In this document: piece by piece, positions 1 through 14,051 of the stretch
Numbering within the stretch: the stretch's first letter is position 1
Layout: each line of letters begins with the position of its first letter
NCBI GenBank assembly: GCA_002189035.1
Contig: NEEC01000013.1
Location: forward strand, 1,550,001-1,614,000
Direction: 5' to 3'
Length of the DNA stretch: 64,000 nucleotides
DNA from: Utricularia gibba
Lineage: Eukaryota; Plantae; Magnoliophyta
Program-made: the position numbers and the translations under genes
The notes under the pieces: model-generated
Database searches by the model: none
What the model saw: the letters and a program-made list of their open reading frames with translations, nothing else
What the model was told of the DNA's origin: nothing

Positions 1-671
1 ATGAACCCTTCTGTGGCGCTGGAAATCCCCATCGGAAACCAACACACGCCTGAGGTTCAGCCACGCGGCGTCATCATCTGCGAAATGCAGATGGAGTCAA
101 ACAAACCAGGCATCTCGACTTGTCACGCCTTCATTTTTTTAAAAATCTTCAAACTTGGCTAGGTTAGGTAGCCTATTGCATCACGACATGTATGCACGAC
201 ATTTCGAGGCTAATCATACCTACCCCACGCCAAATTGGGAAATTAAGCACCTTAGAGAAGCAACCTCCCAATTAAAGGAATTCCAAGTCTTCTTCTTCAT
301 GCTTCATTGAATTTCATTGTATAGGAAAGTTTTTCTTTTTTTGTGTTGGTGCGGTTCCAGCCCTTGAAATTTCATCCACAGATTGATCTGAGTTTATGGC
401 ACTGCGTTTTTTTCAGAGAAACAGATAAATGTAGTTGGTATTCAGATCATGCTCAATGATAACAGAAGGGAGATTGAAGCTGCTGATGTACTACTGCACC
501 TGCTAGATGGTGGCTGTTCAGCTCTATAGTTACTTGGGTACAAAAAGGGAAGAGCAAAAGCATGTAGCCCTGTTCTTAGGCAAGGCAAGGAAACAGGGAG
601 CAACCGTCTTCTTTGCCAGACACAGACTGCAGTGAAGGTTGTTTGAAGTGTGCTCAACAGTTCTTGTTTCA

Positions 672-3600
672 TCAGTCTGTATTGCGAGAAAAGGATGGCA
701 GGGGGATGTCTTCCTGGGGCCGCAGGATGATGAGGATGCCAAACGCTCCAAGCATCGGGAGAACCAGAAGCCATTTCAGTAGTTTGTAGTAGTGCATGTG
801 GAAGGTAAGAGAGAAGTCGTCAGAGAAGTAGAGTCCATTCCTGTCAACCATCTCCACCAGTACGGTTCCTGCTGTTCTTACTCCCACTGTGGGGAGCTTG
901 ATCCTATGAATCCCCGGACGGTCGAAGATTTGGTTATGTCTGATTGTTCTTTCCCCCTGGTAGTTACCGGGAACCAGCAAACTAACCTGTGATGATTGAT
1001 TGTAAGGAAAACGAGATAATGATGCATTTTGTAAGAAGATTTTGATATGAACAGGGGAAGATGGATCCATACCGTGACATTATAAGGCACTTGGGTGCCA
1101 GAAGGGAACCTGTATTTGTCCACAATCTCCACTTCAACCCAAAAGTTCTTTCCTTCTTCATCTCTGAATGCACGGGATGAGGGTGTGAAATAAATTCCTT
1201 GGCGATTGAACCGGGAAGCTACATTGTTTCTCCCCTGATTTTGTGATCTCCAAGTCTGCGATAATCAAACTCAGAAGTACGTACACTGCATAAACCAGTA
1301 GTGAAACAAGAAAATACTCTCTGTCATATCCTACCTTGAGAGGATGATGGGGTGAAGGTGTTGAGAAACAGAAAACATTTCCATTCATGGTGGTCACCAC
1401 AAGATCTAGGTCATCCCCACCGTCCACATTGTCTGCCAAGACCATACTGTATCTGCCAGTTAGGAGAAGATATCGTCAGGTGAAGGCCAAATGAGAGCAC
1501 ACCAGTGGCAAGGAAATGAATCGGACACAGGCTTACGAAGTTTCTCCAATATCGACAACATCCGCACATGATGTTGGCCCATCAATGAGGTATAAATACC
1601 CATCAAATGATGTGGTAACAATGGTAAGTCCCTTCTTCTCCCCATGTTTGCTCAAATCAACCAGAAGGACTTGATTCATATTTCTACCGTGTGTTCTAAA
1701 AGGATAAGGCCTTACGATTGATCCATCTTTGCCACTAAGGACATAAATGTTACCAGACATGGTTGGAACAACAACATCAGTGTGGCCATCCCCATCCACA
1801 TCTCCAATACTGGGACCCTGGAGCGACAGGAACTATGTTAGCTTCAAAATCATGAAGCACAAGTCAACATATCTCATACGATGATTACCTGGGGAACAAG
1901 GCTCTTAATATGTGTCTCCCAAATTTCTTTTCCTTGAGGCGTCCAAGCAGCAATATTTCCATGGACATCAGCTGTCACTAATTCAATTTTTCCATCATCA
2001 TTTATATCACCGGCAACTACTGCACCTTGAATTTCAGCCATTTCCAGCGGAAACTTTTCTCTCGTTTTGCCTGGATCAGGGGTATCAGAAAATCAATTAT
2101 GGACACAAAAAAGAATAACGGAAAAATCATAAAAAAGATTACCCACCCTTATGGTCCAAGACATAAAACAAGCCAAACGAAGTGCCAACCAGAATATCCA
2201 AATTTCCGTCACCATCCAGATCAACAACTGAAGGAGCTGAATATATGTATGCACGATATTTAGCATCGTCAGTGCTCATATCCAACTGGGTTGTCCACTT
2301 AACTTGTTTTGTGTCCAGATTGAAGACAACAATTCCACCAGCAACATATTTACCAATATCAATACCCCAAGTTCCTTCGAATGTTCAGGGTTATCATAAT
2401 ACCTGCAATACCTCAGAATAATAAGCTGAAAATACATGAATATGAGAGTTACAGCTTAATAGATGATAACCTATGCTTTTATCAAAATAAGCTTCTCTAA
2501 TAATGCTTTGCGAATAAACACAAAATAAATATAAACCAAAAAGATGATAAAGAAGTAACTCTATATATTGAACATCTGCAAAACATGTAGCAGATAAGCG
2601 TAATCTTACTCGCGGTCAAAGAAGTAAGAAACAGCAACAATCATCTCCGAAATCCCATCATTGTCTATGTCTGCTATAACCTGCAGAAAATCAGAGGAAA
2701 TTTAGATGAAAAGGTTTAGGAAAGCATGTCGTATCAATCTGACTTACCGGAGTGGATAACACATGTGCATCAATTTGAACATAATCCTCTAATTTCTCAT
2801 GCTGTATTTCAGCCCATTCCTCATCTCCCCACATAGATTCATCGACATAATCATCATAATCATAATTATATTCATCTGCCAAATCATTAGAATCTCTGAG
2901 CAATTCAAATGATGAGTCTGCATCAGCTTCTAGATCTCCATCATTTTCCACTGTGGCCGCCTGGGCTTTAGTATCACTTCCGGACTTTTGATCTTCAAGA
3001 AGCCTTCTTTGAACACGTTTCGTACCCCCATCATCTTTCACGTTCTCAGATTCAGACCCAGTAACAGAATCATTGGTGCTTAACTGCGTTCTGATCTCTA
3101 AATTTCCAGATGAAAGAGAAGAAGTATCATTTTTTGTCCCTTGGGTCTCTAAATGAGATGAATTATTAGTGCTCAGCTGTGTTCTGGTCTCTAAGTTTTC
3201 ATGGGAAACAGAAGAAGTATCATTTTTGCTCCCTTGGTTTTCTAAATGAGATGCATCTGGCTGGTCATGTCCAATATATGCAGAAGTAGTGTTTTTGGAT
3301 GTAACATTCTGATTTGCTTCAGAAACCATACTTGATGAATTGGAAGAATTTGAGGAATTCTGTTGACCTGCAGGAGAGTCAAGGCATAGTTGTTACAGGA
3401 TTGTTTATGAGTTCATCGTCATTTTTTCCTAAAGAAATCAGAGAAAGTTTCAACCATTGCTGAACACAATGGTAATACAGTAACATATGAAAGACTAGTA
3501 AGTCACCTGCATGAGCTAAGAAATCCATCTGAGCTTCCTTGATCAACAATTCATCATCAACATCAGGATGCAAACGATCCACATGATTTGGATGCAACCC

Positions 3601-4759
3601 CACATACCAATCCTTTTTAACCTTCAACCTTGGAATCACAAGTTTCTCTGACATCATGTAGCCTGATGCCCTTTTTTCCAGTTTAGAGGATAAGTCGGTC
3701 ACTTTTTATGACATGGAAAAATATTTCAGATACTAGACTGAAGTTACCTGAAAAAGAGCACATCACCATTGTAGGTAGCCAGCGCAATTTCCCTGACACC
3801 ATCTTTGTCAATGTCATACAGAAGAGGGCTAGAATGGGAAGTTGACTGATGGAAAGCTGGCCATCCTGATACAAACACAACTAGTGTTCGTAAGCCGTAA
3901 ACAAGAGATAACTACAATTAACTTGAATCTTTAACCATATTACGTATGTGCACATTATATTGGAATATTGGCAGCAAGCATAGCCAAACCAATACACTAC
4001 CTGGCAATTTGTCTCCATCAGAACCCTCGAGAACCTCCAAGTAATGCACAAAGGAAGGTACAACTACTTCAAGCTTCCCATCACTGATTAGCACATAATA
4101 AATCAGAGAGTAAAAAATAGGTGAAAAGACTGCAGCAGATAGTGAGAATTTTCAATATAAAGAGTGCCTCACTACAGCCTATTTCTCTAAGGAATGGTAA
4201 ACGAACGCAGCATAGACACGTTCACGTTCATCGTAGAATTTTCCACACACATTCTTGATGGGAACGAAGAAAAAAACTGTAGCATACAAGATCAGCATTA
4301 CCCACCTATTAATATCAGCAATCAATGGTGATGCATATATGCTAGAACTCACTTCATTCTGCCATCTTAGCTCCAGACGCTGAGGGCATTGGGTGTTTAA
4401 TAGCTCATCTTCATCCCTACGCACCAAAAAGCCATGTGATACAGCAATTGCAATGTTTTAATCGAAGATGTGAATCAAAACCAACAGCACGATACACATA
4501 TTTGCTACAAATTTTTCATCCCAGCACGCAATAGTTACGAAAGGTCAATGCTTCAAAACTACGGGAAATCATTCTAGGGCAAAATGCGAATAAAAAATCT
4601 AAAGTTCACTACTCACAATTCTGGGTAACCAGCTGAATCATCAGTTGCCTCGCGCTCTCGAAACTTGTTCTTTTTCGCCTCCTCCGATTGTGAAACGCCA
4701 TAATCGAGACACAGACCAGACAACGTGAGCAGAAGAAAAAGGAGACACCAGGTTTTCAT
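672..4759 (-). CDS. DEX1: DEFECTIVE IN EXINE FORMATION 1 (FG-GAP repeat membrane protein), multi-exon
   Basis: ATG at 4759 gives [11 protein letters not shown] (signal peptide) then [13 protein letters not shown]. Later exons carry [38 protein letters not shown], repeated D-x-D-x-DG FG-GAP motifs and the C-terminal [17 protein letters not shown] transmembrane segment, with GT-AG junctions. Confidence 0.93.
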
Positions 4760-6280
4760 GAATTAACCACAGAAACAGAGGGACTTCCACAATCTCAAAA
4801 ACCGAGAAACCTACAAAAAATTAGAAAAACTCCCGAAGAATTCAAAGCCCTAATTCAGGGTTTGAAGATCATGCCTGATTAGAAACCAGAAACTCCCCAG
4901 AATTTCAAGCAGAACACCAAATAGTGGTCAACCAAGTAATCCACAAAATGCAACACTACGAAACCTAAGAGGCGTACATGAACAAACAAAATTTACGAGG
5001 ACTGAAATTACAATTCCCAGAAATACAAGGACTGCGCATAAGATTTTTAGAAGGGTTAATATCTTCTCTTTTTTTTTCAAATGGGGTTAAATTTTACATA
5101 ATGTTACAAACATTATGTCCCACGTTTGAGTATAACGTAAAAAGTTGTGATGTTTTGTCCTCATGATATTTCTAATTTTTTAAATTCAACAAATAAAAAA
5201 ATTTATTGATAAAAAAAAATTTTGATGTTTGATTCATTTAGGGTGAACTTCCCCACCATTCTAAACCCTAAACCAAAATTTAATGTCTAATAATGTAAAA
5301 ATTAGTAGTAGTACACAAGAACTACATGATGGCCATTTCTTAGTCCAACATTCAATACTCAACGAGTTTAATGTGACATGGAATTATTAAATATAAAAAA
5401 TTATTGCATATTAATCATTACTCCTATCTCCATCGAAGTATATAAGAACTCAAATTGATGGAATGGATATCTAAGCATAGTGAATTTCTCAACCAAAGGA
5501 GGCATCTTGGGTGGGACAAATCTTGACAATAATATTAAGATCCAGTTTGAAATAAACAATAATGTTTACTTTGTAAATGTATTTTTAAAACGGTTATGTT
5601 ATCAAATATGAATAATTTATATTTTAAAAAGAATATAATTTATAATTATTTCCTGTTTTTAAGAATTTATAGATCCTAGATTAGTATTTTATTAGAATCA
5701 TTTTTCAAAAAAATATTTTTCGAAAAATGGAACTAAATAAAACCTAAATTTTCAAAAATGTCAAACGTTTATGATTTGGAGATTAAATAAGATTATAGTA
5801 CGAATTTTGTAAGAGCACTTTTTTCGACTATAATGAATCTTTTTTTAATACGAGATCTAAATTAAGAATTTTATGATTAAAAATAATTATGTAATTGTTT
5901 TATAAATTATATTTATATTAGAGTTTAAAATAAGGCTGCCAAAAGATGGCCAGAAAATTAAAAAGAGACGTGTGTTTTGGTGAACGGATGATGCGACTGG
6001 TGGAATGGGACAAGTACAGCGAAAGGAAGTTCATGCATCTGGCTACCAAACCGGGTTTTTTTTTCCTTCTACAAAAACCGGGCACATGGGTGAGAACCGG
6101 CGCCGTAAAAGAGACGGTGATCCGCCGGAGCCAACGCTACTAGCTTCTTAAGCCAATCCGATTCAGTTCACCCTGATTTTGCTAACAAACAAACCTATAT
6201 ACTGCATATTTACACAGCAAGTTTCAGGATAAGAACCAGAGCTGCGAGTCAACGCTCGAAAGCAATCCGGATCTGATCCG

Positions 6281-6544
6281 TCAGCCATGAGCCCAGCAAT
6301 TGAGGTACATGACGTCCCGGAGAGAATCCTCTGGTTTCGGAGACCTTAGTCTAGAATCCGGATCGGGATCGGAGTTGAGAATACCGCCGGAGGAGGCAGG
6401 GCGGCAGAGATCGACATCGAATCGGTTACTCTTGCGATGAGCGATCGAATCGAGTCCCGATTTGAGCTTCTGAGAGTGGTGTGAGTGGCCGGTGTTCACC
6501 ACAGCGACGCTGGCTGCGATCCACAGTCTGTTGACGACGTTCAT
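6281..6544 (-). CDS. Wound-responsive family small protein (DUF3774-like)
   Basis: Intronless 87 aa ORF. N-terminal RLWIAASVAVV and C-terminal EDSLRDVMYLNCW match the family signatures (AWIVAAS... / EESLRTVMYLSCWG). Confidence 0.8.
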   Translation of the reverse strand: MNVVNRLWIAASVAVVNTGHSHHSQKLKSGLDSIAHRKSNRFDVDLCRPASSGGILNSDPDPDSRLRSPKPEDSLRDVMYLNCWAHG

Positions 6545-7639
6545 CTTCTCAGTCGCTGGTTCTACAGAATTGTGCTCGTTGTGACGAAGGGGAGGTGTTT
6601 ATTTGCGATAACCAGGGAGTGGCGTGGCATCCTCATCCTAAAGTGTCCCCGCACTCTCGTCATACATACGTGTCCCCATCTGCCCGGACCCGCTGCCCGT
6701 TCAAATGGATTGGAAAATTTTTAATAGAAAATGTAAAATAATAAAAAGAAAAGGACATTGAGGCTAAATAACAACATTTCAAGACATATACCAAATTATT
6801 TAATTACATTTCATATTATCGTTTTCTTATCAACATATGGGCAGTTTTGTCCTATCCGGATATTTCGATGTGACATTTTAATGAGGCTTTATTCTTGAGT
6901 GTTTTATAATAAATTAGAATTCAATTCATTATAAAAAGTGAATTTTTTTAAAAAATTTAATACTTTTAATTTTTTTTTTATAAAAACTGTAAGAAATTTA
7001 CCTTAAATCCCGTATTTTAAAACACTGGTTACGATGCCTTATCTCGTAACCTCGGGGTCATCGAAGGTAATTGGAGTTTTTGTGGATCGGCTTTCCGGTA
7101 AGGATTCGTCGCCGGGGCGGCGATGGAAGTGGAAGTGGAAGGTACAGGATTTCCCAGAGACGGGTTTTTTGACGGGCTAGTTGACCGGAGTACTTTGAAT
7201 GAACACTGTGGGAGGCATCTCAGAATGTATTTTCCCCGTAAGCTTTCTTCATTGGTAATCAAAGTGCAAGGATGACTTTCTAATTCTATTTCATCATCGA
7301 TGCCATTCCTCACCGGAAAACCAGAAATCAAAAAAAAAAAAACGAAAACCCCAAATCGGAAGACGAATAAGAAGACGCAAAGATTTACGGATCTCAGTAG
7401 GGTGAAATGCTATCTTCAGTCCAGAAAGAAGGAAATTCAGATAGATAACGCAGTAATCTCTAACCATCACTGATCCGAATCGCAAAAGTGAAAGTTTACA
7501 CGCAATACTCGGGTTGCAAACGGCAGAGGAAGGCGGAGACGCCGACGGCGATTCCAAGACTGGGTAAAACAAAATGTAGAATACAGGATGAATCGAAGAG
7601 TAAATAAAAAGCCCTAGACATGTGTAACGACGTCGTTTA

Positions 7640-8644
7640 CTAGGCAGATGGGCTGGCCGAAGCCCATTTTACATGGCCCAAATGTCCGTCACCCTTGAAC
7701 AATGCATTTACCTTCTCAGGTTCAAGAACCTCTGGCATCACCGGAATCCGCCGTGCGCCAACGTGCCGCCATACGAACACGACAAACGAGGCCGTAATCG
7801 CACCGGAGACCGCCCCAAGTATCAGGGCGAACAGAATTCTAGCGCCACAGTCGCTCTTCCTATCCTCTTTTGGTCTCCCTGCAAACTTATCTGTATTCAT
7901 AGGCACAGAATGCAGCAAATTTGTTATGTCTCTTGATCCGAAACTCCATGAATGCACATTTGTTTTCTGTGAAGAATTCCCACTTGATGACCTCAATCCA
8001 ATCACGACATCTTCCTCTTTCCATATTGCTGATAAGTCAATCTTATGAGAAAGCAGCTGCCTGTAAGAATCATTACTCCCGAACTTTCTCAGGCTCAGTT
8101 CTAATCTTTTCCCAGTTGCTTCGTAATTGATCCATGCCTGCAGCTTTCCCCAGCTTCTGTACATCTTCAAGCTGATGTAAGAGACATTCCTCTGTGTGTT
8201 GCTTCTCGGAAAGGGATCAAACTCTAGAGACAAACGCAGTTTGTGTTTCTCTGATGCAACCCCATGAATCCCAGAACCAGACAGATTCAATGGAAAACGG
8301 GCAGGAACCATGAAGAAGCCCAGTCCATTCCCATTTTCTTTAGCCATGGAGAAGACAAAAACACTTGAGAAAGCCATTGCGCTCGTCGAATTGCTAGATT
8401 TCAAGCGAAAGGGATCCTTACAAACCACACTACCAGCACTAAAATTACCTGAACCAGATAATTGAACGCCTCCATCGACAAACTTAGCATTCCCTAAAAG
8501 GGCGAGCTGGGAATCCAATCTTGAGGTTCTACCAAAGTCTTTGAAAGAGAAATCGACGGTTGCATCCGCAATTTGTTGATTCAGGAAGAAACAACACATT
8601 ACAGAGAGACGTAATAGGTAGGCGTAGGATAGAAACGTTGGCAT
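7640..8644 (-). CDS. Legume (L-type/ConA-like) lectin-domain membrane protein without kinase domain
   Basis: Signal peptide, then lectin motifs (FSFKDF, LLGNAK, AFSSVFVFSM, GNGLGFFMVP, AWINYEA, VVIGLRSSSGNS, VHSWSF), one TM helix (ILFALILGAVSGAITASFVVFVW) and a short tail. Intronless. Confidence 0.85.
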   Translation of the reverse strand: MPTFLSYAYLLRLSVMCCFFLNQQIADATVDFSFKDFGRTSRLDSQLALLGNAKFVDGGVQLSGSGNFSAGSVVCKDPFRLKSSNSTSAMAFSSVFVFSMAKENGNGLGFFMVPARFPLNLSGSGIHGVASEKHKLRLSLEFDPFPRSNTQRNVSYISLKMYRSWGKLQAWINYEATGKRLELSLRKFGSNDSYRQLLSHKIDLSAIWKEEDVVIGLRSSSGNSSQKTNVHSWSFGSRDITNLLHSVPMNTDKFAGRPKEDRKSDCGARILFALILGAVSGAITASFVVFVWRHVGARRIPVMPEVLEPEKVNALFKGDGHLGHVKWASASPSA

Positions 8645-10185
8645 TTTTGGAGCTTGTTTTTTGTTCTGCTAACCCGAATGGCTTCTCGGGAAAACCAGTT
8701 TGAACACCAATAAATCACTGCTCAATCGAAAACGAAGAAGACTTGGGAAATGGGATCAACGTGAACTTGAATGCCTCTACAGTTGCTCCATTTGCTCTCT
8801 TACTGGTTTTCTGTTGCTGGCTGACTGTGACTGAAGAAGACCTGTGACACAAGTCTCTTCAGATTTAGATTTGTAAACGACACAATTAAATACTCCCTTC
8901 TTCCTCTCCGTCAAAAAGTTTTCATGCGTCCCAAACTCTCCTCGATCCATGGCTTTCTCAATATAATAAATTATCTTGCAACTCATACAAGATTTGATCT
9001 TTCTCAACTCTTATACAAGAAAACAGACAAAAAGGTCCTCTACAGGAATGGGCATGTGATAATCAATCAACCCCACATCATCTTTTTCTGTGGGTCGTCC
9101 ATCTGCTTGAGCAACTCTGGGTACACAGACCTCCTCAGTGCTACCAAAGCTTCCCCTATTCAGAATAAACAGCGCAGAAATCACCAAATCCTCCATAAAT
9201 ATTACCATTAAATACCACAGCCACCTACCCATCTTCTTGGCATGCAAATAAACGATTAATGAAACCGTAGCAAATTCATTCTCAAATGAAACTGAATTGA
9301 ATTGTAGCCTACCGCATATTCCTTACCCGCTCTCCTCTGTAAGAAAAAAAAGTACCCGTTGACTTGAAAAAGAATTGTGTTCACGGGTTGGCCAATCAGA
9401 ACAAGATTAATGTAAAAAATGTTTGAACTTCACATCTCAGGGTTCACGGACAACGAAGTCTCCCAACAAAACAAAAACAGTGAGCGACTCTTCCAGGCTC
9501 CCCTGTCTTTTTGTTTTTTATTTATTTAAACAGAATACGACAAAAAAGGTCATTTGGAAAAGGCTCGATCTGACCAAAAAAGTAACTTTTTTGTGAGAAA
9601 AAGTCGCACGGTGCGTATCTTTTCGTTTTCTATTTTACGGGGAATATTTTTTAAAGAAATTATTTTCTCTATTAAAAATAAATTAGAAATTCAAAATTAA
9701 CTATTTAGGCCACAACATAATTAATCCAGCCCAATACAAAGTATAGGCCCAGACTATAAACAAACCAGCCGCATTGGTGGATCAGCCCATTTTCATTCTA
9801 AATATTATAAAAATTAAAATTAATATTAGTAAATTTAAAAGAAAATTAATTTTTTACATAAAGTATTGAATATAATCCAAAAATTATGAGTTCGAATCGA
9901 AATTTTAAAAGACCGATGAAAATACTATATTAAATCATTTAATATTATATTATATTTAGTAGAGTAAATAACATTGATTTTATTGCGACGGGAACAAAGA
10001 AGGTGATGAACAGCTAATCAAAATTAGAACGGGACTTCGTTGGCACAATGCCCCACTGTAAAAAACAGGTTTGCAGAATATCCGGGTTCTAAAAGTATTG
10101 GCCAAATACCCATCTATTGATTTTTTTATTATTTTGTATATAAATATATTAAAAAAATATTTTTTTGATGTATAAATGTTATTTA

Positions 10186-10190
<5 letters not shown>

Positions 10191-10224
<34 letters not shown>
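10191..10224. repeat. (TA)17 microsatellite
   Basis: Uninterrupted TA run read directly from the sequence. Confidence 0.95.
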
Positions 10225-10228
<4 letters not shown>

Positions 10229-11019
10229 CAAAAAATTAAAAATAATTATTATAAAAACATAGAAATAACAAATAATTCAATAAAAATCATTTGAGATAAT
10301 GTTTTTAAAAATGTAATTAAAGATATATTTTATTCAAAGTTTTAATTTTGAATTCAATTTTGATTTCAAATTAATTCAATACTTTATGAATTGTAAAATC
10401 AAAATATTTTTACAAAAATATGTTTTTACTATAATCATAACTAACACCTATAACAAATACATGGTATAATCATATACTATTTTAACTATGGATTACATAG
10501 ATATGAATTAAATAATAAATATTTATAATTTAATTTCTTACATGTGATTTATGCACATATAAGTGTAAGATAAGCTTTAGTTTATTTATTTAAATTATAT
10601 TTTATTAATATATGATTTATAATGGAATTTATGTAATCGATTTATGCTTTACTTAATTTAAAAAAATTGTATGTAACCTAATTTATAAAGTTTATTGAAA
10701 ATATAATAATAAGATAGAATTATTGATCAGATTATTATTTAAAAACCATACTTCTATAAATGTATTAATAAATTCAATTGAAAATATAACAAAATAAATT
10801 AAAATTTATTTGAAAAAATATTTGTATAAATATATTTTTACAAATGCATGATTTATTTTTCATATATTATTCATATGTATTTTTTACTATTTTTTCGTAT
10901 GAAAACTAGATTTATTCAACAAATAAAACAAAAAGGTAGGGTATTCTACAAAGAAATTGAAAATACGGGGTATTGAGAAAAGCAGATTTTTACAGTCGGG
11001 TATTCTGCCAAATTACTCA

Positions 11020-11743
11020 TTAGAACGGCGAGGGCGAGGGGGCGTGTCCCACGTCAGCAGAGAGCGGAGCCTCCGCGGCGGTGACGGTGGGATCGACGGC
11101 GCCGTTGCTGGTAACGCCTGCTAGCATGGAACGATGGGGATTCGCCCTGTGCTTTTCACACATGGCAGGCAGATAAACTCCTGCATGAGTATAATTTTTA
11201 ATTAAATCATTGACATATTCAGACGACCGTGGTCTACGGAGGAGGCTCGGCTGACGCGTACCTTCGCCGGCGGCGAGATCGAAGTAGAGGTCAATTATGT
11301 TAGGGCAGTCTCGGTAGCACGCATCCGAGCATAGTCTGGAAACGAAGGACGGCGCAAGAAAGGCGTCGGAAGAGATCCCAACGAAGTTCCGATCGACCCC
11401 ACAGGCGGCGACGCAGCTGTCGGTCTCGATGTGGCCGGAGATCCTCTCAACCACCACCTCTGATGTCTCACACGCGTAAACAAGCTCTCCCTTTTTCCGG
11501 TGCACGTAGCTCTCCAGCACGCATCTCTTCCCCGATGAGGCAACGGCGAAGGAGCACAGATTCACCGGCAGCCCCTCACATATCACCTCAGCTGCAAAAT
11601 CTCCGGTCACAAAGACGCCAAATTTACACATGAACAAACCTTATAGGAATATCAGGAGATCAAAAATACCTACCCAGTGCTCCTTGGGCAGCAAGGGAAC
11701 AGACAACGAACACTATCAACGGAAGTCTTGCAACTGGAGCCAT
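11020..11743 (-). CDS. PAR1: PAR1 (photoassimilate-responsive) family secreted Cys-rich protein, 3 exons
   Basis: Exons 11743-11674, 11591-11262 and 11180-11020 with GT-AG borders. Signal peptide, then CEGLPVNLCSFAVASSGKRCVLE, IETDSCVAACGVDR and CPNIIDLYFDLAAGEGVYLP motifs. Confidence 0.9.
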
Positions 11744-14051
11744 GCTTTGTCGTCTCTCTTGCAGTGGTGGCACTGGCCGTTATTTATGCCAGAACTAGAA
11801 GGGGAAGTTATATTTTTACACTGATTAAAAATAGAGACGGATGTAATAAAAAATAATTAATTAATTGGGATAGTAATTGAAAATAGAGGTTTATTAATTA
11901 AATAGACCCCGTGCGTGACTCAGTCTCGTTACCAGAACATTCAGGCACGACTCGACGACTTTGAATTGGTTCTCCCGCGTTCTAAAAAGGCTCTTTTTCC
12001 TCAACCCTATTCGATTTTCTTGTGGAAAAATGATACAAAAAATATTTTTTATTAAATATAAATCGAATGAATATTTTGAAGATTTTCAAATTATATTTTA
12101 TTAAATGAGAATGGTATAGAGCTTTAATGGATAATTGACCGTGTTTCCGAAATGCCTTTTGGGCCGGAGAAAGGAAATGTGAGCCCAATAACGCTGTTGC
12201 TTCCCTCACACGATTGCGACTGGCGGTTTTGATCCCCTGTCTATCTCTCTGGGTGTGCGATTTCTCCTGAAATTCTGGGTTTCCTCGGCATATTGCACTT
12301 GGTTTAGGGGTGTTGACGGTTATGGAGGCAGTGAATTTCACGACTATGTGTTTCAAGCATCGGGAGTATCTACAAGGCGGCGAATCTGACGATGGTGTAC
12401 GTAATGAGATGATGAAGTTTGTTTTAGGTTTCTGTGCACTTTCCTGAACATTTGATTGGCTTCTTAGCTGCGCCTTTTGTTATCCTAGTTGCTTGATTGG
12501 ATTGTAAAGCTATTCTTTTGCATCATACAGCCTGGCGTTTGATTTTCTATTTGCCATGTTTTCCGGAATTCATTGTCATGGAACATTATTTTAAATTTAG
12601 CTTATTAGGTGCTGCAATTTGATCGACAGCTCCATATGTGAAGAAAGCAGGACATGATGGAGAGAGCTTTCTGCGTCGATTTCATTTTGTTTTGGGTTGT
12701 TTCTTGCTCTCCGGATTGTTTGATTGGATTCGCCATTGAATTAGACTAGACTCCCGAGGGGCATTGGCTTGCTGATGTTGATTATTTGATCTCGCGCAAT
12801 GTCCATGGGTGTAGATAGGCAAGTGAAGAGAATATGAAGAAAGAGGAATGTAGGCACCAGGTTTATATGCTTAATACCCAAAATAGAGACTTTGTGCTTT
12901 TCTTATTTATGTCACACAAGTCTCTGAATTTTGTCATGATCCTTGTTTCCCGGTTTGATTGCAGACAACTCTGGTTTCTAGAGAGCACCCACATTCAAAT
13001 TGCAGCATTGGGCATTATCCATCTATTCTTTGTTGTAAGAAATCCAGGTCACTTTGCAATAGCAGTGCATGATTGGTTGCTTGGAGATTCTCTGCCGATT
13101 TCACATGGTTGAAAATCAAGGTATGCTTCCTTTTTGTTGAAGAAATATTTTCCAGGACATCGGTTTTTTTTTGTTTCCCTAGTGTTGTTTTGCTTGTGGT
13201 ATCCGGGACTTCAATGTTTTTCGTGCCTGCAGCGCATCATATGTAACTGTTCACTTTTCAGGGCCGCCTGCAGCGTTCCCAACCCCTCCCACCGTCGTGA
13301 TTTTCACCACTCCGTTCTTCGACCTACGTAGTCCTTCCAAATCACACTGCTAACGTACCCATTGATCCAGAAATCACATTCTCTGTATTTAAGAGAACGT
13401 TCAGGAGCCCGAGAAGCCGTAAGCCCAGGAATGAGTTCCCAAGCTCCGGTGAGAAAATGTAGAGAGATAAAAAGGCGCGGTCCCAGAGCAAGCAGGTCAA
13501 AGAAAGAGAAGAATAAAGAAGGCCTCTTCGATAAACTCCACAAAGTAGGCTTTTGATGCTAAATAAACGTGTGTTTGGCCAGACGCAGCGACGGCGAGTG
13601 GTTCACACGGCGGTGGGAGCCGGCACCTGAAACCAGTGGTGAGATGTGGGTCCGTCCTCCGATGGCTCTCTTATCGCAGCGATGATTGCCGCCGCCCTCG
13701 AAACGGACATCAAGAAACCTCAACATCCATCTTGTTAGGTAAACAACACCAAGGCAATGACGTCACTCATCATATTCCTGATCTAAGCACTCTAATCCAC
13801 TCACATTGAGCGTCAAAACTAAAGCCCCGGCGGCTTCGTAGTTTTCCGAGCACCAGTCCACTGTTTTCTTAGAGAAGAATTGCATGCGCTATTTTGGTTA
13901 AGTTGTGTGATGGTGTGCATGTTATAATTATGCGGTGCTGCGTGTCTCTTTAGTTTAGGACACCGCCCCTCACTTTTCTTTTTCTTCTGGTCTACAGGAA
14001 CTCCACTCTCGGACAGTAGCGGTTGCCTTTCCTGTTCACCGTCTCCTATCG

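Noticed and set aside
7029-7572. Two minus-strand ORFs (92 and 100 aa) that could be joined by an intron
   Set aside because: No recognisable motif, and they start only ~70 nt after the lectin stop, so they may be 3' UTR. Not supportable without homology.
13130-13730. GC-richer stretch with several short ORFs between the putative ncRNA region and GLOX
   Set aside because: No consistent frame or family motif on either strand.
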